Shown: positions 18,346 through 27,102 of the stretch, one piece after another
Position numbering within the stretch: position 1 is the first letter of the stretch
Layout of the letters: every line of letters starts with the position of its first letter
Source: Ignavibacteriaceae bacterium
Lineage (GTDB): Bacteria; Bacteroidota; Ignavibacteria; Ignavibacteriales; Ignavibacteriaceae
NCBI GenBank assembly: GCA_049670345.1
Contig: JBATTD010000304.1
Span: forward strand, 1-32,291
Direction: 5' to 3'
DNA length: 32,291 nucleotides
Notes under the pieces: model-generated
What the model was told of the DNA's origin: nothing
The model's database searches: none
Seen by the model: the letters and a program-made list of their open reading frames with translations, nothing else
Made by a program: the position numbers and the translations under genes

Positions 18346-18568
18346 GAATGAGATTATTCAATTCTAAAATATAGAAAATAGTTAATAATAGACTAAGCCA
18401 CAAAGCACGACTGATACTTTCTCCATATTGGGCAGGTAAGTGGAATCCTCTGTTTATAGGTGTTTCAGGAGAATTATATTTTGAATTTATTGCTAAAAAA
18501 TTTTTTTTAATCTAAATAATATTTATCTTCGCTGTCACATTCATTAAAATTATATAAGGAGAAAATAT

Positions 18569-18862
18569 ATGGCAACCAAATCGATGACAAAGGGTGATAT
18601 CGTTGATCACCTGGCAAAGAAAGTGGGAACAACTAAAAAAGTTGCGAACCAATTTGTGGATGAATTAGTAAGTCTTTCGCACAGAGAAGCAAAAAAAGAT
18701 TTTACAATTCCAGGTTTGGGTAAATTAACTGTTGTTGACAGAAAGAAAAGAGTTGGCAGAAACCCTGCTACAGGCCAATCAATGGTTATACCTGCAAAGA
18801 AAGTTTTGAAATTCAAAGTTTCAAAGCATGCACAAAATGCAGTTTATCCACCCATAAAATAA
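18569..18862 (+). CDS. HU-family nucleoid-associated DNA-binding protein
   Basis: The typical HU/IHF arm GRNPATGQSMVIPAKKVLKFKVSK. AAGGAG (18556-18561) lies 7 nt upstream of the ATG. Size is 97 aa. Confidence 0.9.
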   Translation: MATKSMTKGDIVDHLAKKVGTTKKVANQFVDELVSLSHREAKKDFTIPGLGKLTVVDRKKRVGRNPATGQSMVIPAKKVLKFKVSKHAQNAVYPPIK

Positions 18863-18890
18863 TTTTCACTACATGTGAATCGTATTTAAG

Positions 18891-18915
18891 GCCGGGCAAA
18901 TGCCTGGCTTTTTTT
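18891..18915 (+). terminator. Rho-independent terminator of the HU gene
   Basis: GCCGGGCA-AA-TGCCTGGC stem (one G-T pair) followed by TTTTTTT (18909-18915), 29 nt after the stop codon. Confidence 0.8.
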
Positions 18916-19077
18916 ATAACTAACTATTCATTCTAATTTTTCTATTTGGTTTTGTGTGTAACAAAAAAAAGTGATAAACTATACTAATTTTAGTGTTAAA
19001 ATTCCGGCGACCGGCTGGAGTATGTTTGTTCTCAATTGAAAGGTAAATATTTGATTTTTAAGACTATTAAAGTAATT

Positions 19078-20397
19078 ATGCGAATATTTTTTACAATATT
19101 GTTAATAATAATTTTATTTTCTTGTAGTGATAATAAACAAAAATCAATTAGTGAATTAGAATTTAAAATGAATGAAATAGCTGAACAATATGTAAAACTT
19201 GTATTAGAAATCGGTTTGTACAAACCTGGTTATGTTGATGTATACTACGGACCGGAAGAGTGGAAACCGGTCGAATTGTCAAAACAAGAAATTGATACAT
19301 CATTAACTAATGCGTTAAATTCCAAAGCCGATGAATTGCTTAATAAATTAGAAGCGCTCAATGATTATAAGGCAACTGAGATGGAATCCTTACGTTACCG
19401 TTTTCTCTCAAAGCAGCTTCTTTCAGTTAAAGGGATGATATTCATTATATCCGGCGGAACGTTTCCATTCGACAAGGAAGCGCAGATACTTTATGATGCC
19501 GAACCACCGAATTTTACGACCGAGCACTTTCAAAAGATAATTAATGAACTTGATAATATTGTTCCTGGTAGCGGCAATTTATCTAAAAGATTAAATGGAT
19601 TTAAGAACCAGTTTATCATTCCTCCTGAAAAACTTGACACGGTATTTACTAAGGCAATAAACGAGTGCAGAAGAAGAACATTAAAACATATTACTCTTCC
19701 CGAAGAAGAAAACTTTGAAGTTAAGTATGTTAACGACAAGCCATGGGGAGCTTATAATTGGTACAAAGGAAACAGCTTCAGCATTATTGAAGTTAATACG
19801 GATCTTCCGATACAAATTGAAAAAGCAGTTGATCTCGCTGCACATGAAGGATATCCCGGACATCATGTTTTTAATATTTTGTTGGAAAATAATTTTTTTA
19901 AAGAAAACGGGTGGGTGGAATTTTCAATCTATCCGTTATACAGCCCTGCCTCACTGATTGCCGAAGGTACAGCTAATTTCGGGATTCAGGTGGTCTTTCC
20001 CGGCGATGAGCGGGTTAAGTTTGAAAGAGATGTGTTGTTTCCACTTGCAGGTTTAAACCCTGATAATACTGATCTTTACTATCACATTCTTGAGTTAACT
20101 GAAGATTTAGATTATGCAGGAAATGAAGCTGCACGAAATTATCTTAACGGTAATTGGACGAGAGAAAGAGCAGTAGAATATTTAGAAATATATCAATTTT
20201 TTTCAAATGAACGAGCTGAAAAGAAATTGGATTTTATTGATTATTACCGGAGTTATGTAATTAATTATAACCTTGGTGAAGATATTATTAAGAACTACAT
20301 TGAAAAAAACGGGGGAACTGCTGATGATCCTGAAAAAAGATGGGAAGTATTTGAGCAACTTTTATTAACACCGCAAACAGCTTCGGGATTAAAATAA
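19078..20397 (+). CDS. DUF885-like putative metallopeptidase lipoprotein
   Basis: The ATG at 19078 gives MRIFFTILLIIILFSC, with a lipobox-like LFSC. AAHEGYPGHH matches the HExxPGHH signature I associate with DUF885. The TTG at 19036 in the ORF track is less likely. Confidence 0.6.
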   Translation: MRIFFTILLIIILFSCSDNKQKSISELEFKMNEIAEQYVKLVLEIGLYKPGYVDVYYGPEEWKPVELSKQEIDTSLTNALNSKADELLNKLEALNDYKATEMESLRYRFLSKQLLSVKGMIFIISGGTFPFDKEAQILYDAEPPNFTTEHFQKIINELDNIVPGSGNLSKRLNGFKNQFIIPPEKLDTVFTKAINECRRRTLKHITLPEEENFEVKYVNDKPWGAYNWYKGNSFSIIEVNTDLPIQIEKAVDLAAHEGYPGHHVFNILLENNFFKENGWVEFSIYPLYSPASLIAEGTANFGIQVVFPGDERVKFERDVLFPLAGLNPDNTDLYYHILELTEDLDYAGNEAARNYLNGNWTRERAVEYLEIYQFFSNERAEKKLDFIDYYRSYVINYNLGEDIIKNYIEKNGGTADDPEKRWEVFEQLLLTPQTASGLK

Positions 20398-20435
20398 TTT
20401 ACAACATTCCTTACTTAGCTTAACAAGAGTTATTA

Positions 20436-21437
20436 TTAAAGATTGTCCTTTAATTTAATTTTTAAACTTTCGAAATCATTAAGACTTATTGCAACTTCGT
20501 TGAATATACTTATCAATAATTCTTTATCAATTTTATAAAAATCTTTTTCAACCGGTAAGATGCAAACTCCTCCCAAATCAATTGCGGCGGGACTTAATAT
20601 TATCTGGTTTTCTCCTTCCAGATAATAATGCGATGGTCTGTGTTTGCCTCTTAAAAATATGATTAACCGCCATCCAAATTCTTCATCATAATTGCAGATA
20701 AGGTTCATCAACGGTTCACTATTAATGTCATTCAATTCATTATATATGCTTTTAAACGCTTTTAATAATATTTTATCATCAGTGCTTTCCAAACTGATAA
20801 ATCTTCTAAGATCATCATCTAATGCTGTAAGCGTTAATTCCTCACTGTAAAAAATGGTATCACCAAATTCTTTTTTTATTGAATGAAAATCATTTTCGAT
20901 CGGCATAAAATACTTTGTGCCTGTCTGAAAATGTAGGTGATCGGGAGCTGATGCACCACATTGCGGACCATTGTATATAATTGTATAGTTATCCGAAAGC
21001 AATTTTGAGAGCATAACAAAATCACTAAATGAAGATGATATTTCCTGCGGTTTGTGATTTACTGTAACAATTGTAAAATGCTCCGGAAAAACAGGATAGG
21101 GATTACAAAGAAGAAGATAGTTTTCTAACAGTTCAATTCCTTTTTGTTCTTCCGGGAGATTATTTTCACACAAAAAACAACTACGCTTCTTTATCGAATC
21201 TACATCAACTTTTGCAGAGGTAGAATGTATTCTTTCCGTATTAAGTTGAATTTTAATTTTAAAACCATCGAACCAAAAAGTTTTTGTTTTAAGTGATGAT
21301 AAATTTTTATAACCTTCTTCCAGTTTATCCCATTCATTAATCTGTGTTTGTAATAAAAGCTTTACTGCGTTAGCATAATCGTTTTCGTTAAGAAAAGTGA
21401 GAACCTGTTTATTTGTTGTTGATCTTGATTTGTTCAA
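20436..21437 (-). CDS. DUF4922-like protein, GalT-branch HIT-superfamily nucleotidyltransferase/phosphorylase fold (predicted)
   Basis: CFLC (C87/C90) and APDHLHFQ (H167-x-H169-x-Q171; codons about 20939-20925) resemble the GalT CxxC zinc ligands and the HxHxQ active site. TTG start overlaps the stop of the upstream GT2 (TTGA). No signal peptide or TM. Confidence 0.6.
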   Translation of the reverse strand: MNKSRSTTNKQVLTFLNENDYANAVKLLLQTQINEWDKLEEGYKNLSSLKTKTFWFDGFKIKIQLNTERIHSTSAKVDVDSIKKRSCFLCENNLPEEQKGIELLENYLLLCNPYPVFPEHFTIVTVNHKPQEISSSFSDFVMLSKLLSDNYTIIYNGPQCGASAPDHLHFQTGTKYFMPIENDFHSIKKEFGDTIFYSEELTLTALDDDLRRFISLESTDDKILLKAFKSIYNELNDINSEPLMNLICNYDEEFGWRLIIFLRGKHRPSHYYLEGENQIILSPAAIDLGGVCILPVEKDFYKIDKELLISIFNEVAISLNDFESLKIKLKDNL

Positions 21438-22918
21438 TTGTTTTCTGTTCTAATTTTTATCTGATTTAATTTTTGTCTGGCAAGAATTTCTTTAGTGCGA
21501 ATTGAATCTTTATAATAGTTATGTTCGTTTTGTTTTTCAATACTGAGATCAGCATCGGTATTACCATCCCATCTTCTGCACAAGTAAAGCGGTTCGTAAA
21601 TTCTACCAATTCTATATTCCCTCGATATTGCCAATGCAACGGCATAATCTTCGCCATAGCTTACGTCGGGAAATTTAATTTTTCTGATTATCGGAACGTA
21701 AAAAGCTCTCGGTGCTCCCAGCCCGTTTATTCGCAATGCATTGTTATGTCCGTTATCGTTTGTCCATTCTTTATGATCTATAACTCCCGGCGGAATTTCA
21801 TTCATATTAAAATCAGTTAGTTTGTAACTGCCAATCACCATTGCACATGTTTCTTCATAAAATTTATTAATAATCTTGTTTAAAGAATCATTGTTTAAAT
21901 ATAGATCATCGCTATCCAATTGCACTGCAAACTTTCCGCATAAAAGATGTGCGATCCCTACATTCCAGCATCCGCCAATTCCAAGGCCCTCTCGTTCAGG
22001 TATGATATGAATTACTTTCTTATCTTTTCCCGCAAAGGTTTGCAGTAATTCAGTTGTTCCGTCTATTGAATGATTATCAATAACAATTACATTATACTTA
22101 AAACCAGTTTGCTGATTCAAAGCTGAATGAAGAGCATCTTCAATCGTTTTAACTCTGTTCTTTACCGGAATTATAATTGATGCTTCATATTCAAAATCCT
22201 TGCTGTTAAAATCAACTTTTTTTTCTGCAGGGGAAATATATGCTTCGATATTTTTCAAGTGAAGAGTCGCAACGCTCTCCATCTCCTTTTGTACCTCACG
22301 ATTTTGAGGATCAACATAATCAAACTGTCTTTCACCCGTTTTTCTATTGTCAAGTTTATTTGTAGTGTAAAGAGGTTCGGGGATTCTTATCAACGAATAG
22401 TTCCGCGACACATCTAATCGTAAAGAATACAATCCGGCAAACCAATAATCATCATCTTGTCTATGAAAGTTATCCAATGCCTCTTTCCTAATTAACATTA
22501 GAGGACCAAATTCAAAATCATCTCTTATGCTTCCGTATTGATAATCAATCAATGGATGCTGCATAATTTCATTCCCGGTTTTTTCATAAAAATCAGAATA
22601 AACAATTCCGGCATTTTGCATTTTGGCAGCATTTAAATATTTTATTAATGAATATTCACTTACATAAATCGTTGAGTTTTCATTTAGTAAAAGGATATAT
22701 TTCGATTTGCATTTTTCATAAATCTCTTTAAATAATTTACTGCTACTGGCTGATTTTATTTTTATTATTTCATAGTTTGGTGGTGGCCATGCATTTGATT
22801 CACTAATAACAAAGTATGAATGTCGTACAACATCATAAGTGTTTAACTGCTCAATATTCTTTTGTGCAAAATCAGTATCTTCGGTTAGAACAAACGCCGT
22901 TATTGATTTATCGAGCAT
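21434..22918 (-). CDS. Two-domain family 2 glycosyltransferase
   Basis: The C-terminal half is a canonical GT2: [34 protein letters not shown] and DXD-type QLDSDD. The N-terminal about 190 aa looks like a second, degenerate GT-A-like domain. Confidence 0.8.
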   Translation of the reverse strand: MLDKSITAFVLTEDTDFAQKNIEQLNTYDVVRHSYFVISESNAWPPPNYEIIKIKSASSSKLFKEIYEKCKSKYILLLNENSTIYVSEYSLIKYLNAAKMQNAGIVYSDFYEKTGNEIMQHPLIDYQYGSIRDDFEFGPLMLIRKEALDNFHRQDDDYWFAGLYSLRLDVSRNYSLIRIPEPLYTTNKLDNRKTGERQFDYVDPQNREVQKEMESVATLHLKNIEAYISPAEKKVDFNSKDFEYEASIIIPVKNRVKTIEDALHSALNQQTGFKYNVIVIDNHSIDGTTELLQTFAGKDKKVIHIIPEREGLGIGGCWNVGIAHLLCGKFAVQLDSDDLYLNNDSLNKIINKFYEETCAMVIGSYKLTDFNMNEIPPGVIDHKEWTNDNGHNNALRINGLGAPRAFYVPIIRKIKFPDVSYGEDYAVALAISREYRIGRIYEPLYLCRRWDGNTDADLSIEKQNEHNYYKDSIRTKEILARQKLNQIKIRTENN

Positions 22919-22943
22919 AGGAAGGAAATATTAATTTTTTCAT

Positions 22944-24119
22944 CTAACGTTTTATAAATTTCTTGTATAATTCAACCAGACCGTCCATTAATTTTTGCGA
23001 ATCAAAATGTTCAAGAACTCTTTGCCTTGCAGCTTTTCCAAGTGTTCTTCTCTTTTCCGGTGAATTGATTAATAACTCTAATTTGTTTTTTAAATCTGCT
23101 GGATCATCCTTTTTAAATAGATACCCGGTTTCATTATCAACTGTAATATCAAGTATGCCGTCTGAGCTTGTAGAGACAGACGGTTTAGCCATTGCCATTG
23201 CCTCTACAAGAGCTACGCCAAATGCTTCCGCATGTGACGGAAAGATAAAAATATCCATTGCTGATAATACTTCAGGCATATCGTTTCTAAATCCTGCAAA
23301 AATTATATTGTTCAATCCATAAACATCTGCAAGTTCTTTTATTTTTTCCTCATAAACATCCTCGCCTTTACTTGCTTCGCCCACAATTATAAATTTTAGA
23401 TTACTATACTTAACACTTAATTCCTTTGCAACCAAAAGAAAAATTTCGTGCCCTTTCCCTTCGCTGAATCTTGCAACCATTCCTAATAATAGTTCATCTT
23501 CCTTTATATTCAATTCCTTTCTAAGCTTCATCAAGTCAACATCATTGGGAACAAATCTTTCGGGATCAACTCCATTGTAATGAAGAACTATCTTTTTTTC
23601 ATCAAGAGATGTTGTTTCGAGAAGGTTATCTTTAATAACTTTACTGATTGCAATTGCATAGTTCACTCTGCTATAAAGCCAGTTATGCATTTTATCTGTT
23701 TTTTTTATAAACGACCCAACATGTTTTGTAAGGAAGAGAGGCGTTTTGCTTTTGATTAATTTTAATGCCGGTACAAGCAGCCATAAATCCTTTGAAGCAT
23801 GTGTATGTATCAAATCGTACTTTCCGTTTTTAATAATTGAAAGAACTTTAATTGTTACAATCGGATGGAAATAACCCGGAGCTTTTATGGGATAAATGAT
23901 CATTCCAATATTATTTGCTTCGATGTGTATCCTGCTTTCTGCGGTGCATATTAATTCAACAGAAATATGTCTATCTAAAAGCTGTTTGATGGAATTGATT
24001 GTGACCATTTCCATTCCACCCCAGCTTTTTGATAAACAGGAATAAAGTATTTTCATATTTTTATTATTTCTTGTTTTGCCCAGATAGAACTCGTCCCGTT
24101 CAAGTGAGACTCGTTTCAT
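22944..24119 (-). CDS. Family 4 (group 1) glycosyltransferase
   Basis: GT-B C-terminal domain with the EX7E motif in FPSHAEAFGVALVEAMAMAKP. N-terminal MKILYSCLSKSWGGMEMV is typical of GT4, so the true start is probably the internal ATG at 24056. The ATG at 24119 would lie 2 nt after the upstream stop. Confidence 0.85.
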   Translation of the reverse strand: MKRVSLERDEFYLGKTRNNKNMKILYSCLSKSWGGMEMVTINSIKQLLDRHISVELICTAESRIHIEANNIGMIIYPIKAPGYFHPIVTIKVLSIIKNGKYDLIHTHASKDLWLLVPALKLIKSKTPLFLTKHVGSFIKKTDKMHNWLYSRVNYAIAISKVIKDNLLETTSLDEKKIVLHYNGVDPERFVPNDVDLMKLRKELNIKEDELLLGMVARFSEGKGHEIFLLVAKELSVKYSNLKFIIVGEASKGEDVYEEKIKELADVYGLNNIIFAGFRNDMPEVLSAMDIFIFPSHAEAFGVALVEAMAMAKPSVSTSSDGILDITVDNETGYLFKKDDPADLKNKLELLINSPEKRRTLGKAARQRVLEHFDSQKLMDGLVELYKKFIKR

Positions 24120-24121
24120 AA

Positions 24122-25471
24122 TTAGTGATAAATCTTTTTCATTGTTACGTTAGAAAAATAGTGGAGAAGAATTTCATCGAATTGATATCCTTTCTCAGAC
24201 ATCACCGCACCGCCGATTTGGCACAACCCAACTCCATGTCCCCAACCAGCTCCGTGAAGAACAAATTTTTCGGGAATATCATTTTTACCAATAATTTTAT
24301 CAACAATAAAAGCGGAACTATAAAGATGATTTTTTGATAAGATTCTTCTTATCTCTAATTCTTTACCAACAGTTAATGATTTTTTAGTTCCAACAATTCT
24401 TAATTTAATTAATCTTGATGAGGACCCTCTTTCAACAGGAATAAAATCAAGAATATCTCCAAAATCAAATCCGATCTTATCCTTTATAATTGCTGCTAAT
24501 TTGCTTTGTGTATACTCGACACTCCAGCGGAAAAATTTTGTTGTTTCCTGATCATAATCAATTAAAATTTGTGAGAGAATAACCTTATCCGATGTATTGC
24601 AGAAACATTGGGGATTGCCTGTTATCCATTTTCTTGCATTTGCTTCATTGGAAAAATCGATGTTAAAATTTTCCGGTTCGTATTTATAATCTATTACCGA
24701 GGTAAGATATGGCACTCTAACGGTTTCCCAAACATTCTCAAAATCTTCCGTTATACCGCCGCATGATTTGGAATATCTTGTATCGCATATCTTACTTCCG
24801 CTGAGTAAAACGATGCCTCTCGTTTGTAATACAGCCTTCTTCGCATTTTCGGTAGTAACTTTAGTGATCCCTTGAAACCTTTGACAGTGATCATCAGCAC
24901 ATACATCAAAGTTTTTATGCTGTTCTCTATCATACCATCGAATAAATTCATCTTCGGGTTGATGAATAGACAAATTGTTTTCAACAGCCTTTACAGTATT
25001 TCTCTTTTCTAACTGTGCAAGCACCCAACTGCGTGAAACTACTGAAAGTGATTTTAATGATTGAAGAGAAGACTTGGCGCTCATTTCGGAAGAAATAACC
25101 GATACGATATAATTTTCTAGCGGTAAAATATTTATTGCTATAACTTTATTACCGTCTCTTATTAATTTTAAAGAATGATTAAAGCGTTGCTTTTCTTTTC
25201 TCTGCCAGTGAAAATCTATTCCGATTATAACATCTCTAATAAGAAAAGATTCTGAATGCGGATCTTCGGGTGTAAACAGGATTTCTTCAGTATTCTCCAT
25301 TTTATCATAGTTGTTACTGCATACGATTAGATTATCTCTAATTTCCGCTGTAAATATTCCTCTGAAATATGTTTTAGATCCAGTAATCCTGTAATTTCCA
25401 TGCAGCTCGAAAACTATTTTCTCTTCAGTTAATATTCCTACGCTTATTATAGGTTCTTCCCTGAACAACAT
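24122..25471 (-). CDS. SpoIID/LytB-domain protein lacking any export signal
   Basis: LENYIVSVISSEMSA (SpoIID-type Y..VV..E motif; Glu129 codon 25087-25085) and C-terminal HGAGWGHGVGLCQIGGAVMSEKGYQFDEILLHYF. The N-terminus MLFREEPIISVGILTEEKIV is charged, with no signal peptide or TM. Confidence 0.85.
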   Translation of the reverse strand: MLFREEPIISVGILTEEKIVFELHGNYRITGSKTYFRGIFTAEIRDNLIVCSNNYDKMENTEEILFTPEDPHSESFLIRDVIIGIDFHWQRKEKQRFNHSLKLIRDGNKVIAINILPLENYIVSVISSEMSAKSSLQSLKSLSVVSRSWVLAQLEKRNTVKAVENNLSIHQPEDEFIRWYDREQHKNFDVCADDHCQRFQGITKVTTENAKKAVLQTRGIVLLSGSKICDTRYSKSCGGITEDFENVWETVRVPYLTSVIDYKYEPENFNIDFSNEANARKWITGNPQCFCNTSDKVILSQILIDYDQETTKFFRWSVEYTQSKLAAIIKDKIGFDFGDILDFIPVERGSSSRLIKLRIVGTKKSLTVGKELEIRRILSKNHLYSSAFIVDKIIGKNDIPEKFVLHGAGWGHGVGLCQIGGAVMSEKGYQFDEILLHYFSNVTMKKIYH

Positions 25472-25644
25472 TTGATTATATTACTTCTTAATATTATTGA
25501 AATATATATATTATCATTGTATATAGTGCTTTAATATACATAATTCAACACACTAAAGTTTTAACAGAAACACATAATGGAATCTTATTATGATTCTGTT
25601 TAACTTTATTTTTAGATAGTAGTTTTTCTAACCAATCAAAGCAG

Positions 25645-26568
25645 ATGAAAATTTTGAGCAGAGAGATTGTATCAATAATTGGTTTTCCTATAGATTTAGG
25701 TGCCGGCAGAAGAGGTGTTGATATGGGTCCCTCCGCATTAAGAATTGCAGGACTGCAAAGTAAACTTGAAAAACTTGGATACACTGTAAAAGATAACGGC
25801 GACATTAAAATTGAAATAATGGAACGCCAAAAGATCCATAACCCAAAACTTAAGTATTTAAATGAAATTCTTAAAACCTCAAAAGTACTTGCTACAAAAG
25901 TAGAAAAGGTTCTATCGAACGGAGAATTTCCGTTGTGTCTTGGCGGTGACCATTCAATGGCACTTGGTACTATTGCAGGTATTGCAGCACATTGTAAGAA
26001 AAATAAATTAAAACTTGGTGTAATTTGGATAGATGCACATACCGACATGAACACTGAGGAAACTTCTCCATCGGGTAATATTCATGGTATGCCGCTCGCA
26101 GCTTCATTAGGAATTGGAAACAGTAAGCTGGTTGATTTGTATGGCATAGCACCAAAGTTAAGACCCGAGAACTGTGCTCTTATTGGTATTCGATCTATTG
26201 ATGAAGCTGAAAAGTTGAATATAAAAAAGTTAAAAATTCCAGTTACGACTATGGCAGATATTGATAAAACCGGTGTTTACAGAATAATTGTTAAAACACT
26301 TAAACATTTTCAGAAAAATGTTGATCATATTCATGTAAGCTTTGATGTTGACAGTGTTGACCCGATAGTTGCGCCCGGTGTCGGAACGCCTGTTGCCGGC
26401 GGCTTAAGCTACAGAGAAGCTCATCTTATAATGGAAACCATTGCGGAGTGCGGGTGTATGTCGTCACTTGAAATAACTGAAGTTAACCCTATTATAGATC
26501 ACGAGAATAAAACTGCGGTTTTTACTGCTGATCTTATCGCATCAAGTATGGGGCAAAGAATTCTCTAA
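25645..26568 (+). CDS. rocF: Arginase
   Basis: Full set of ureohydrolase Mn-binding motifs: GGDHSMALGT, WIDAHTDMNT, SGNIHGMPLA, SFDVDSVDP and EITEVNP. Strong end-to-end resemblance to Bacillus RocF as I remember it. Confidence 0.9.
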   Translation: MKILSREIVSIIGFPIDLGAGRRGVDMGPSALRIAGLQSKLEKLGYTVKDNGDIKIEIMERQKIHNPKLKYLNEILKTSKVLATKVEKVLSNGEFPLCLGGDHSMALGTIAGIAAHCKKNKLKLGVIWIDAHTDMNTEETSPSGNIHGMPLAASLGIGNSKLVDLYGIAPKLRPENCALIGIRSIDEAEKLNIKKLKIPVTTMADIDKTGVYRIIVKTLKHFQKNVDHIHVSFDVDSVDPIVAPGVGTPVAGGLSYREAHLIMETIAECGCMSSLEITEVNPIIDHENKTAVFTADLIASSMGQRIL

Positions 26569-27092
26569 TGCGCAATAATTTAATCGTCGTTTACCTTGTA
26601 ATTTTTATCTCTGTATTAATTCTTCTTAGATTCATTGGTGTTATAATTATTAATAATGATGAATTGATTGGATATGGTTTAATTACTTATGGATTAAGTT
26701 TGTTTTATTCTGCATACATCGAAAGCAGAAAATTATTCGTCTTTATCGGCTCAACAGTTTTTCTTATTGGGGTTTACTTTTTTATAGTAGGCAATTTTGA
26801 ATTTGAAAATACAGATAAAATTTTTGTGCCGGCAGCAATTTTTATACTTTCAGTCAGTTCTTTAATGCTTTTTCTTTCGGATACAGGTTTTAAGTTAGGA
26901 ATGTATGCAGCAATTATACTATTCACTGCAGGAATAGGCACGCTTGCACTTATGAGCCCTCACGGAATTGAAAATATTATTACTAATACTGTTGATATTT
27001 TTAAAAAATACTGGCCTGTACTAGTAATTTTATTAGCCGTAATTTCCCTTGTAAACAAAGATATAAAAGGAAAGAATAAAGATGCAGTATAA
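26568..27092 (+). CDS. Small polytopic membrane protein (about 6 TM), unknown function
   Basis: Six hydrophobic stretches of 17-23 aa. The ATG overlaps the arginase stop (TAATG). No recognisable motif. Confidence 0.6.
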   Translation: MRNNLIVVYLVIFISVLILLRFIGVIIINNDELIGYGLITYGLSLFYSAYIESRKLFVFIGSTVFLIGVYFFIVGNFEFENTDKIFVPAAIFILSVSSLMLFLSDTGFKLGMYAAIILFTAGIGTLALMSPHGIENIITNTVDIFKKYWPVLVILLAVISLVNKDIKGKNKDAV

Positions 27093-27102
27093 ACGGGAGA
27101 TT

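Noticed and set aside
20436-25471. Impression that the glycosyltransferase operon is more AT-rich than its flanks (possible horizontally acquired island)
   Set aside because: I cannot compute GC or codon statistics here. No integrase, tRNA or direct repeats flank the block. I left it as an unquantified impression rather than a claim.
25545-26054. 169-aa minus-strand ORF overlapping the arginase 5' half and the divergent promoter region
   Set aside because: It is antisense to a full-length arginase with all Mn-binding motifs and has no recognisable domain. It is most likely a shadow ORF. It would matter only if ribosome profiling showed translation.
25645-26568. Arginase as a fifth member of the SpoIID/GT operon (for example as a sugar-amide or guanidino hydrolase)
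   Set aside because: It is divergently transcribed and carries every motif of a bona fide arginase closely resembling RocF. Adjacency alone is insufficient. It would be worth revisiting only if the neighbourhood is conserved across genomes.
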